Source: Yuukianura sp. NJ FZ-2021 | Lineage: Eukaryota | Direction: 5' to 3' | NCBI GenBank assembly: GCA_046563655.1 | Contig: CM102288.1 | Location: 4,836,001-4,900,000 of the forward strand | Length of the DNA stretch: 64,000 nucleotides | Part shown: piece by piece, positions 35,501 to 47,900 of the stretch | Position numbering within the stretch: position 1 is the first letter of the stretch | How the letters are laid out: every line of letters begins with the position of its first letter | The notes under the pieces: model-generated | What the model was told of the DNA's origin: nothing | The model's input: only the letters and a program-made list of their open reading frames with translations | Database searches by the model: none | Position numbers and translations under genes: made by a program

Positions 35501-35676
35501 TGGAGATGGAGTCGGAATTGGTGATTCGGCTTCTAACGTGAACAGTGGTAGGTGGGCAGGACATTCATGTTTCAATTCCATTTCATAATTTGCTAGTAGT
35601 GTTCTTATTTTTTTTAATTGTGTAGTTTATTTTGACAGGACTGTCGATTGATGGTGCGAAGGGAGAACCTGCATAA
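32594..35676 (+). CDS. Low-complexity protein with PAM2 motif(s) and RGG box; putative mRNP/PABP-interacting protein (7 coding exons)
   Basis: Exons splice in frame from MATNPKM to ...GLSIDGAKGEPA*. Canonical PAM2 MKLNPKASEFVPK (34136) and PAM2-like DLDSIPEFIPS. RGG tract RGRGSRGRGNRGRGRGRGRGG. P/Q/Y-rich segments and an acidic tail. Confidence 0.8.
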
Positions 35677-38600
35677 TTCTCCAAGCACAGAAACGCAAGC
35701 TTCACAAACAATGAAAATCAACATGCTCAATCTTCAATTCACAATTGTGTCTTTCCAGTGAGAAAAAAGTTCTCTACTTTCATTTTCAATCTAATTCAAA
35801 AAATATTTTTACTTTTATTTTCAACCAAATTCAAAAAAAAAATTGTTTTGTAAAATTCTAAAATTATTGTTCTTTCGTAAAATTCTATGTAAAAATTAAA
35901 CAAAAAAATTTATTTGATACTCATTGACAAAAATAGAAAGTACAAAAATGTTTATTTTTTGAAACAACTCTTGTCAATGAATTCAATGTAAATATGGCAC
36001 AAGTATTCTATATATATTTGTAAATATATGTCATACTGAATATATATTTGTAAATGTCTTGTACTCTAATTTATACAGCTGTATATGAATATTACATATA
36101 TTTATGTAATATTTTTTATGATATATTTTATACTACTGCTAGCTCAGTATGTTATGCAGATTATATTAATATGTATCATATCAGATATTGCATTAGTATG
36201 CCTTGTATATTAATTTATAAGTATTTGTGAATATTATTACAAATAATATGATAAAACCTTAGTTGGCTACAGACAATAGACTCATTTTGATGAGTGGATC
36301 TTTTTAGATACTTGTGCTGGGAGTACCTTGGAATAATTGAAATGGGTTTGGTTGGATTGGTTGATTGACTCTGTGCCTTCCTCCTTATAATCCATTTGAG
36401 TCCAAGTATTTAGGTGAAGGACGCTGTCTACAGTCACGCTCACTCCACTCTCCACGGTCACACTTCTGTTTGCTCCTCCAATTTCTGAGTATCACAATGC
36501 TAATCAATTCGGCTCAGATGAGGTCATCGACCGCATCTCATGAAGTCTCAAGATGAGTCCAGAATTATTCAAAAGTTTTTAGAACGGAGATGATTCAGTT
36601 TGGATTTTATGCTGTGAGATGATGATTCGTTGTTTTTTGGAAAAGTGGCAAGTAATTGCAAATGGGTTCTTACACCCATCCGCCAAAGTGTGAGAAGAGT
36701 AATTAAAAATGGTTTTTGTGTCCATTGCTTTGTGATTAGAATTCTGTGACTGTGGTCCCATAAAACTTTTAATTGACACTGCCTGTGGTGGCTGGGAAAG
36801 AATCCAGAGAAAGTCAAGTCATAAACGTCTACCGAGCACCGCCCTTCTGTGGTTGGACACTTTATGGGATCCAAGTACCCCCAGGACCAAAGGCACCCTT
36901 AGGACCAAAGGCTACGCACCTTCATGTCAAGTCGAAGGAATTCCGAGGATTAGACGCTCACGGAATGAGGAATGGAAGAAAGTGCTTAGGAAAATGCTGC
37001 CAAAGTACTTTGGCAGTATTTGGTTTGGTCCTCCCCTGGGGACGCACTTTGTTTTTATTAGACCATTTTCTTACTAACGTCAAAAAGTGGAAATTTGGAG
37101 CAATTAAAACCGTTTTTGTTGGAAAAATGTTCACAATTCTACTCAAAAATTCATGTCACAAACATGGGAAATTACTTTTGAAGTTTAAAAAGAAAAACAA
37201 TTCCAAAGTGCACTGCCTATTCTACAGAAAAATGGAAAACGATCCTCCGGGGGCTCATTTTGTACAACAAGTCCATCGTTCTTGGGAGACTAATTAAAAC
37301 ACTTTGTTTTTGTGGCTCATTTCATCTTCTAACTTTTACAAATGTCGAAATTTTAAAAAACTTCGACTATTATTTTAAATTGCATCTTCTTCTGAGCCAA
37401 AATGACCAAAGTTCAGGAGCTGAACGGCGTCAAAGCGAGTCATCTTTTTACTTCTAAAAAAAAATGCTTTTCAAGAATTTTCGAATTCCAATGCAGTCGA
37501 ATGTCACTTTCTTTTTTGAATTTTTGGCACTTGGATGAGTCGGAATGACAGTTTGGTGGGCAATTAAAAGGGAAAGCAGAGAAGTCAGTGACCTCTGGAC
37601 ATGGAAGAAACAATGGGGAAAGGTGTCGCTTTCTGCTCTGTTACATTTCCGATCCCAATCTAAAGTCTCTCGTAATTGTAACGTAACAGAGTCTGTTTCA
37701 TCAGTTGGCGTTTGTTACGTTGTTTGCTTTTTTGGTTTGGTTCGCTTCGCTTCCTTAACCCAGAGACCAAATACCATCCTTTCCCTAATAAATACACGAG
37801 ATATAATTTCGTTTTCGATTTCAGGCATAAGGGCTGTGTAATTTATAGGAACGCGGTGTAATATTCGAGGAAATACGGTAGACATTATGATTTTAGACTT
37901 AACGTTCAACTTCAGATGCAGTGATTTTAGTACACAGTGATCTCCATCATCTGGGGCAGCAGAGCGCAAAAACACGTGAGGACTCGGGAGGATTCGCAAC
38001 AAAAACAAACTTTCCAAAAACACGTTAGCAAATTCCTCCGCAAAACCGCAAATTGCGTCTCTTGCGGCGCCAAAATCCATTTTTCTCACTTCCTCTCCTG
38101 AAAACTTAACATCTCAATGCACAATCATTAAACAGAAATTAAAAAAAAAACGAACGAAATTTTGAAAAGAGGAAATCCAACAAAACTTTCTTTTGCGGTT
38201 GAAAGAGGGAAGTGAAAGTAAGAACTTCCAAAAAGCAAAAATCCCAATTTGGCAGTAAAAAAACAGATTCGATTGAGATATCGCGAACTTTTGCAGATTT
38301 TGTAACTACTTTATGTGTCCATTTTTTATGATCTTTATTTCCGAGCCAAAATTGTATAACTTGTGTGTGTGTTGATGAAAGCGAAAGGCCAATTAGAAGA
38401 TTTGGGAGTAGATGAACGGATGAGTTCCTTCTGTATGACTTCTATTGTTGGTCAGTGGTGTACCTCTGCCTCGTTTAGCGGAACGCATTTCAATCTTCAC
38501 TTTTTTGGTGAGATTTGCCAACATTTTGTTTCGTTTCGACCGAAGCAGAACGCCTTAAAAGAGGCTTTTGTTGTGTAAGTTAATGTTCGTGTGTTGGTTC

Positions 38601-39451
38601 TTTGACCTTTGAGTTACCACAACAAGCATAGAGGTGGGTGACCCCTGGTTGACACACATCACGGCACTGGGACGAGGATGACACGGAGGATGACCACGGA
38701 AAGAAATCGCACAGTTTCTCTCTCCATTTCAAATTGAAATTTTCAACTCACTTCTTCTTTTTGGCTTCAAAAAAATTTGATTTAAACAAATTTTGGTTTA
38801 AAAAAATTAAAATACTTTTGATTCGTTTTGTTCTTAGCTTAAAATCATAAAATGTTCACTAAGGCGTAATTAATTGGATCATTTGTGAAACAATGGTTCG
38901 TAAAGTGTTTGATTTATGTGTGGGAAGAGAGCCCTTAAAGTCCCCTCGTCCCTTGGGAATGTTTTTGGGCGTGGCAGAAGTGTAGGGTCCTTGGAGGTGT
39001 GATAATCCCATTGTTTTATTTAGACCAAAGTGTGTCTCTCAGAGGAATTCGCTTGAGAAAGAGGTGTCAAATCCAGAGCATTAATCACTCTTCGGAGCAT
39101 CCCCTACCAACATTCTAAGCTAATCTTCACCATTCAAATCTTAAGCAACTTCATTCAATTACGCAATCCACACCGAATTTAGTCTCCTCATCAGCATCTT
39201 GTATTCAAAAAGATCTCACGCATTTTGAACCTCTGCTGACTAGACTAACGTCCGTCCAAAATATTTTTCGGTTATTATATTTCAAATTCCACTAAATTTT
39301 CAGTTTACCTTTAACTTCTTCAGTTTCCTTTCTCTTTCGTAAGTTTACTCCACTCGTTTTTTAAAAATTTCCATTTCATGACCAAAATCTAGAAAAACAG
39401 ATTTTTGATGCTCATAAAATTCTGAATTGCAGTGGAACGGTACGGACCACT

Positions 39452-39559
39452 ACTACCCTAAATTGTCGTGTTTACTGCGCGCAGTCTCTTATATCCTGAT
39501 ATTTTTCGACATCAAGGCCTAAAATTACATGCGCGGTATATGCGAGGATTTAGGGTAGT
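39452..39559. repeat. 108-bp inverted-repeat (hairpin) element
   Basis: 30-nt arms at 39452-39481 and 39530-39559; outer 12 bp perfect (ACTACCCTAAAT/ATTTAGGGTAGT). Confidence 0.7.
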
Positions 39560-42518
39560 TCTACTTATTTGCCTTGGAGCTTTTTCACTTGTGTTTGTGT
39601 TCCTGTCCAGCAGAATGTTGAATTGTTCCTGGTGTGTGTGGTTAATTGTTATGGACTGGGCTGTTGATGAGCCTTTAGCCTCATCTCCATAAATTATGAC
39701 TCAGGAGAGTAATTAGCAGAGGGGAGGGTGCCTTCCAGGAACTTCTTGAGGCCAAACACATCCTGGAAAATGGATTTAACTTTAAGATGGAACTCCTTGG
39801 TCAAATGCTGCATCAAGTGGGAGGGACAATGAAGAGATCATTTGAAAATGTGTAATTTGAGTCGTGACTCTCTCCTCATCCCTTACGCAAACAAAATCTT
39901 CCTAATATTTCAATTGTTCGGAGAAAGTGCGGTAAGTATTTCCACCATTCTGGGGATTAGGCGGGTGACAAATTGCGGAATTTTGTTAAATGCTGCGATG
40001 GAATGAGAAGAATGGGAGTAACTATTTCCATTGTGTGCAAAAGGACAATGGGATGGGGCAATTATTAGAACAGAGCCACAGTATCTCCCCAATTCCACTT
40101 TCATTTCACTCCAAGGCACAAAACAAGTCAAATGACCTTTCACCTCTCACTTTTAACCAAAACAATTGAAGACAATGCACAAAATGAAATTCAAACTTTA
40201 AAAAAAAATTACACCAGAGGCTTGTGAACACAAAAAAACGAGCGGCGGATTGCAAAAAAAAAATTAGTTTTGAAAACGGGAGGATGCTTTTAGGAAATTG
40301 ATCGGGAGTCGTGTTTCGGCAACCTGAGAGTTTGCAAAGAGAATTTGCATATTTTGGCAATACAATTTTGCAATGATCGGCAGGTGCTGCACAGTGGAGA
40401 GGAGCCACGCCCTTGTTTCTGCTGATTCACAACGGAGATACTGGTGGATCTTCTGTAGTAAAGAACAAGATATCCGGATTATTCATGATTCCAATCACCC
40501 TAACCTAACCTTCAACCACAAAAAATCAAACTCCTTCTGTAATTCACTAAATTCAAAAACATTCTACATTAACAATTTTTTTGCAAACCAAAAAAGAGAT
40601 GCCGCAATCTGAAAAAAAGAAAAGCAGAAGTCAGCCACCATCCCTTCCTTACATGGCCGTTTGACTCTCTTCCAATAATTTCACTTTTTACCGCACACTC
40701 AAAAACAAAATTTTCCAAATTACGAAATCCTGAAAAAAAAAACAATGTCAAAATAAAATAAAAGATTTCTAAAAATTAACTCGACAAAATTTAAATTGAC
40801 ATTTTAATGTTGATAGTCCAAAGGAACAAGACAAAAAGAAATAAGAATAAACGTCTATGTTTTTTTTGTTGTTTTTCCAAAAAAGAGAATTTGGGGTGGT
40901 TTTTGTAGTGTGAAGCACGTCATAAACCTGCCACTTTTGATTACTGTTCTTCTCAAGTGGTTTTCCGAGTTAATGAAACTGTTTGGAAACTTGATTTGAA
41001 CTGAAACTCATAACTTCATAACCAGAAACAAATTGAACCAATTCCTTTTTGTCCATCATTTTCACCTTTTAGTTCCTCCAAATCACAAACATGCCCTGAG
41101 GAAACACAAAACTGAAGATGAACTGTCAATTGGACGCCAAAATGGCACAAAAAACAAAAATAGGAGAACAAAGGAATGTTGTCCCATTAAATTGTCCCAC
41201 ACGAAATCAATTCCTCATCTGAACAAAAAAAGATGCACTTTTACATACACGTTTCAACGCCACACGAAAATTTCATTGTTTTTCCCGTGCAAATTTTTTG
41301 CATTTTACAATGCAAATGGCGTCGAAGAGTTGCAGTGAAAAATCAAAGTGAAAGTTTTTAAAAAAAGAAAGTCTTTTTTGTCTACAATTTTGTTTGCTTG
41401 TTTTTTGATATTTTTTTTTTGTGAAATTTGCATTTTGTAGAAAAGGTGTGTATTTTATTGGATTGATGTTGTTTTAAATGATTGTAAAAGTTGACGTTGA
41501 TAGTTATTGACATGACAAGGTGAGGGATGTTGTAGAATGGGAAGATGTAGTATTACTATGTTCTTGTAATGGAATGGAGTGGCGATAGGATCTGGACTGA
41601 GCCGTTGGACAAGATGACATGACAGGGTACATGCCACTCTTCCCTGTCTTATAGTCCCACTTTTCTTTTGTACTTGCCAAATACAAATTACGCAAATTCT
41701 GTAACGTTTATCCCATGACATGTCAACTTCCAACTGAAACCAAAGTGTTTAAGGAACGATTGGGAATGATGCAACAGAGGAGCTGAGTAACCCAGTTTCA
41801 ATTGACACGACTTTGACAATTGACAGTTTTGTGACACTTGCCTCTCTGTCACTGTCTTCGTCACACAAACATCCATTAATTCTCCAAAAGTCTAAAGAAC
41901 CAAAACGCGTCTTTGTTTCTGCTTCATTCATCTCACCCACACATCTTCATGAATCTTCATTTGAGATCTTCATCTTCAAAGGATGAGATTCAATTAATCC
42001 TGATTTGGACTTAATTTATCTTGGACGGAGGTGACACAAGTTGGAAGTGTGAAGTCCATTGACTATAAGTGACCATATAGTGTCAATTATGCGAAGGTTC
42101 CTCAATTTTTGAGCTTGGAAACCTGTTGTGGACATTTTTATGAATTATTACCTTATCCGCCCTTGCCTGTCGATGGTAGATTTGAATTAAGTGGAAAGAG
42201 ATCATTACCTTGTGCATAATTGGGGGAATACAGAGTCCCTCCGGAGATCAAGATCAGTCCAGAGGACACACTGCCACACCCAACCACTATCACTTCCCCA
42301 CTTCAACGCCAATCCACTCTTATTTTTTCAAAAAACAGACCAAAAAAATATTTTGCACTCGATTTTTCATTTTTTCATTTTCAGCGGCGTCTAGCTTTGA
42401 CTTTCTTCCTATATTCGGAGTGATAAAAAAAGTCACCGAATGGACTTACAGTCAAAACTCTCATTGGGCAACCTTTTTTTCTGTTTCACCTGTCGGCGGC
42501 ACGCTAAACTCAAATTCC

Positions 42519-42760
42519 GGGTGAAATTAACGTTACCGGTTGTCATTGTAGGCGCGCAGTGTAACCCACCCCACTATTTTTAGTGGCTACAATAGGTGGC
42601 TTCACTATAGGGCAACTTATGTTGCCACTTAAGCTTAGGTTTTTTGTAGGTTGAAGCGACTACTTAAGTTGCCGCACAATATGTAGCCACCCATTGTAGC
42701 CACTAAAATGGAGAAGTGGGTACATTGTGCGGCTACAATGAAGGTCGTTAAAGTTTACCC
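42519..42760. mobile_element. MITE/foldback element, ~240 bp, long imperfect inverted arms
   Basis: TTTTAGTGGCTACAATAGGTGGCT...GGCAACTTA pairs with TAAGTTGCC...AGCCACCCATTGTAGCCACTAAAA. Ends GGGTGAAATTAACG / CGTTAAAGTTTACCC. AAATTC occurs on both flanks (possible TSD). Confidence 0.8.
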
Positions 42761-44854
42761 AAATTCTAGGCGGGATTACAACTTCCAGTGCGGCGGAATT
42801 TAGAAACTTCACGGTAAAAACCGTGGACTTTCTCCTGTTGCGCAATCAGAGGTTTGACTGTACTTGAATAGGTTTGATTGGTTGCGTGTGCGTTGAAGTG
42901 TATTTTCTTTCACCTCTTAGTAACGTGAGAGACAAAGAGTCAATTAGCATAGAGCACCCGTGGGATCCTTCGTGTAGCTGGTCGTTCGTCCTGCCCAGAG
43001 GAGTGACTCCCATCACAAGGGGCAGATCACACGCACTTTGGGGCTGTCTAACGGCACTTTCAGTGGACACACTCTTGCCTTCTATCAGAACCAAAATGAT
43101 CAGAGCATCTTGTAACTTCAGCTTTTGCTGCATCGCACGAATTGGTCTAATTGTAATTGATTAGTTCTCTCCTAGGTCAAACACCAAGGTCACATTCACA
43201 CCCTCCAGACAAATAACAATGACTGTTATTCAGCCCAAACAACAATCTGTGCACTGCATGGACACGATTACCCCAAATTGATACCTCCAACTTACCTCCT
43301 CACTGCTCATGCAATGTTACATCAATCATCGCATCAAGGCACCAACCAATCATGCACGCAACTTCCAACCAATCAAAAATCGCAGTAGCTCCTCATCAAA
43401 ATTACTTTGAGTCAAAATCGATTTTTGTGCACTTTATTTCGAGCGAGTGTGAAAATTGTTTCAATTTTGAAAAAACATTCTGCTTGAGAATAATGTTGAA
43501 ACAGTTTTGGAAGAACTTTAGCAGTTTACAAAGTTAATGCAGTGTATTGTGTAGTTTGGGAAGCATTTTGTGAAATGGTCCGAATTGGTGTAAGAGGGTA
43601 GAGGGATGATGGAGGGGGTAGTTGGAGTGATCCTGAAAAGAGATCACCCTCCTCCTTGCCTTGTTTCTTAAGCAGAAGTCAGTCACTTCTCAAACTTCCA
43701 CTTCTTCATCCCTTTCCTTCTTCTATTGTTAAAACATCTTAAGACCATTTCAACCATTTCCAACAATTAGACAATCTTAATCACTCTATATTACCCAACC
43801 ACCTCTGCCCTCCACCCTCAGTCCATCTTCCGCTCCTTTCACTTTCACACACTTATTTACACTGTACTCCTCTCAAAAACAAACAACTTATAGCCTTATT
43901 GTGTCAAAAACACAACAGTCAACCCTGAAAATTCACTTTTTAGACAAGTCTTGTAAAATGATAAACTGTGCTTAAAAATGTGATTTGAACCCAAAAGTGC
44001 AAAAAAGAGTTCAATTTTCAAACAGTTTTTGTGAACATCTTCAGTCGGAATTTTCAAAAGCTGCTTCTCCACACTCTTTACAACAGGTAAGAACAATGAT
44101 CATCATCATTCATCTTCTTCCTTCAAAATTTCAAACTATTGGTAGCATTCTGCAGGTTTTAAAGTTTTTCTTTTCAATTTAATTTAGAGATGAGTTTTTT
44201 TTTCCAGTTTAGGTTAGATATGACCGCTTCAGTTTTTTTTTCTTGCTTTACTTTTTCAAGTTTTTTGTGTGCTTTTTACTATGTTGTGAGAAAGTTGTAG
44301 GTTGAGTATGATCGTTAATTGTTTAAAGATCTCTGGAAGAATAGGAAGATGAGGAACATTAATTTAAGAGGTACAAGTTCCTTCTTACGAGTCCGCCCAG
44401 TTACGTCTAATGAGACAATGAATCAGAGTGGCCGAACACTCCATGAGGATCCACTGGCCATAAAAAGACAAGACCCAATTAATGACTCCAACTTACCAAA
44501 TAGTTACTCCAACCATCCACTAAAAATGGACCACAATAGAAACAACTTGGGAGACCACCAGCATAAAACAAACACAAGTTGCATAAGTCCTCTGTTTTTT
44601 CAAGTTGCAAAACTTTTTTGAAAATTGAATTCCTTTGATGAAGTTTGTCTGAGAATTCCGTGATTTGCAGTTGCAACTGCAAGCGAAATAAGATGTGTGT
44701 AAAGAATGGAAAACGAGGGTGGTTTTGATGAAGACATGTTTGGTTTAACAAATGGTTTGGTCCAATCACTCCTTTTAATCAAGCTCCTTTTGTGCAATTT
44801 GGGTGAATTGTTGCTACTATTTGTGAGTTTGTTGCTATTTGTGTTCATGCAATC

Positions 44855-44935
44855 TGTTTAGATGTGCTGGCAAGTACTTGGGCATGTTCAGATGTACTGG
44901 CAAGTACTCGGGTGTGCTTAGATGTACTGGCAAGT
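44855..44935. repeat. 30-bp minisatellite, ~2.7 copies
   Basis: AGATGT(G/A)CTGGCAAGT recurs at 44860, 44890 and 44920. Confidence 0.9.
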
Positions 44936-47900
44936 TAGTTGGGACCTTGGTGAGTGTTGTTGCAAGTGGAGTTGGCGAGGAATGAAGAAAGTTGACGCTT
45001 GAAAGAGAAAGTTTGTGTCCACTTCTCTTGCAACTTTGCTGTTGTTGTTGGCGTAAGGTGGTGAACTGTTGGTTTGTTTAAAGGGAGATTAGGTAGTGGC
45101 CAACGCATTTATTAAGTGGCTCATTAATCCTCTGAATTAAATGGAAACCTCTGAATTAGACATTAGAATATGGGAAGAGAGGAGCTCCTGTGGAGAGTGT
45201 CTTAGGGTATTCGCATAATCTGCACCTAAAGAAGATGGCCACACCCTCAGTTGCTCTGATCTGGTTTGGAAGTGAACCACACCCAGATGCATAACAACCT
45301 CGCAAACCATTTCTCATCTGCCAACTTACCTCACAGAGCATCCATCACCCCTAACTTCCTTCATCCAGATTCTTTTCAACTTAAACCATTTCCTCACCAA
45401 GTGGAAACTAGAAGGAAAATTTCAAAATGAGAGAATGCAGTTCGACACTTAATTGTTTTAGGGATGAGATGGAAATGAAGTTTCGTAACTAAAATGCGTG
45501 GAGAACAATGGAGATGGGATTGTTTTGATGTTGAACTGGGCCATTGCCGCTGCTGTCCACTGCCGAAGTGAAAAGTGATTCTTAAGTCCCGCTGTGTTTA
45601 TGGACGTTTGTGTAATGGAATAATTAAAGGCCGTGGTGGGTCGATTGTTTGTGAGGGTGGGGCAATGTCTGTTCCCATCGGAATCTGCACCTTCATCCCA
45701 ACTCAATCCCAGTCTCATTTCACGGAATTATGCCAAATCACCACAATCACACTTCTAATTAAAACAGGCACATTATTTAACATAACGGCAATAATGCTGC
45801 GAATTCCAAAGAACTACGGTGCAAGCAGTGGAGAAAGTAGAGGGAGGAAGGTTGTCACAGATGGACTCTTCCAGGATTGTTTTAAATGTGACGTCACAGG
45901 GCTTCCCCAGGAATTCCACTCATTCTGGAGTGCAATAGCAGTCGAACTGGAGGCGTGGCACGAAAACCGCCAAATTCAAATTTGGACTTTGTTTACTTTC
46001 AAATTCAGAATCAAAAGAGTAGGAAAACGGAAGCATAAGAACTTCTGGTGTTCTCATTTTGCAATCAGCAATTATATAGGTATATTTAATTTTCGGGTTT
46101 CAGTTAATTAATTGCTTCAATCGATCGTGTCGACTTTGGTTATCGCGAAACTTTGCCAAAATTTGCACTCTCCTGCTGAATCAAAATCATCACACCGTAA
46201 ATACAAGAAATTCAAGTCAAGGTTCTCCCGTTGTCCATCGGTTTCACTCCATCTACGTCGAATTCTACTTCCTCAAGATTTAATTACCGCAGCTCAACAC
46301 CGGTTTCGCCGTAAGTAGCGTTTGTGTTGGTAAGTTTATGATATCGAGATAATCGGTCATAAAATTAGGATGGTTTCAACTTAAGTATTTTTTTAGGTGA
46401 AATAATTATAAGCCTGGAGCCGCCATGTGTTTGATGCAGAGACGGAAGAATGGAATGTGTGATGATCTTCATCTATTGTTTGAGTACCGACAAGGAGAGC
46501 AGTTTCAGATGGGATTTGAAGCACTTTCATCCTGAAGATGATCTCCCAGTTTAACACTCTCTCAGAGTCTTTAGCCACTTTCGCAAAGTCATCCCAGAGC
46601 TATTCAACGGGCATTTGTAAATACACCCCATTCTTCCGTCTCTTCATCACACGCACTCCGCCTTAATTGTCCTCTCATCACCACAGAATTATCCACATGC
46701 AAACATAGCCCAACCAAACACTTCAACAGAAACATCTTCAGCTCTCATGATCCTTCCATTCTCGGGGTTTTCAATCAAGCTTATTACTATTTTTACAAAT
46801 CGGCAAAGATAGAGTTCGTGTGGAGCAGAAATTAGTGCGGGCTGTAAGTTGTTGGCTAGGCTACGATTGGCAAGTCGCAACTTGAGAATCGCAAATCGCT
46901 GCGAATTGTATGTTGGTTAGGTTAATGAGCGTTGATTTAATGTGTTTGCTCTTATTTGGCCATAGTTTCCTCCCTTTGTTGTACTTGGACTGGGAGCTAT
47001 TCCAGACCAACAATCATCATCAAAACGAGTCACGACCGAGGCACGAGGAAGGTCTTTTAAGTATTAAGGCTCCTGAACTGGCGGATTTGGATGCTCTTCA
47101 GCTCATCTTCAAATGCTCAACGACGGAACTTAAGAATGTTGCTTAAGAAGTGGTCAAAGCCCATGATCTCATCTGCAGATCCAATCCAATTCTAACTTCC
47201 CTCCAGGCCAAAGATCCAGATCATTCCATCACAAATTCTCAAGTCTTTTCTTCTGCTCACTGCGCTTCTGCCTCAAGGAAACTGAAGCGGAAAGCCCAAT
47301 TTATTCATCATGTCTCAAGACACCACCGTTGTGTTTCCACCACCAGTTCTTTCGACTTGAGTTAGCATGAGCTTCAGGAATTAGATCTGCTCTTCCTTTG
47401 TGGTATAATTTCACATTGCAACATCTTCCCATTTTGTATGATGGGCAGTTTGCCGATGGTGATTTGAGATTTGACTTATTGTGGTTAAGCGTATCAGATT
47501 CCACCAGAACAAAGTGCTACCATCAATGTTCTGTCAAAGGGATGGAGGGGAAAGTGTGACCTCTTGCACGTTCTGCCAGGAATTTGGACCAAGTCACTTC
47601 TCACGTCTTGTCTAAGGCCTAAGAGTTGTCTCCGCAAGGCATTTCTCTGCAGATGAGGCAAGGGACCCTCAAGGGCCCTCTTCCTAGGAAATACGACACT
47701 GTCGCACTATGACGACAGTGTCACTAGGGAATAGGAGACGAAGGATGCTTGTTTCATATACAAGTAGGAGTAATTGCACAATGGGTGGCCCTGTAGGGTC
47801 CTTGTGTTGAATCACCTCTACTCTGCTGGATATCTCATTTCTGCCACAAAAGGTCATCTTTCACTAGGGAACTGATTCATCCGTGTCATTTGTAGTGCTC

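Noticed and set aside
35760..36260. Very AT-rich tract
   Set aside because: Consistent with the 3'UTR and flank of the PAM2 gene; no defined repeat unit.
36773..37500. 174-aa ORF, AGGACCAAAGG duplicate and TE-like composition
   Set aside because: Could be a repeat remnant, but I could not define TIRs, a TSD or protein homology.
44855..44935. Possible CRISPR-like array
   Set aside because: Contiguous tandem units without unique spacers, in eukaryotic DNA with no cas genes.
47695..47722. 10-bp perfect stem GACACTGTCG/CGACAGTGTC
   Set aside because: Extension beyond the core is poor; too short to support a miRNA or element call.
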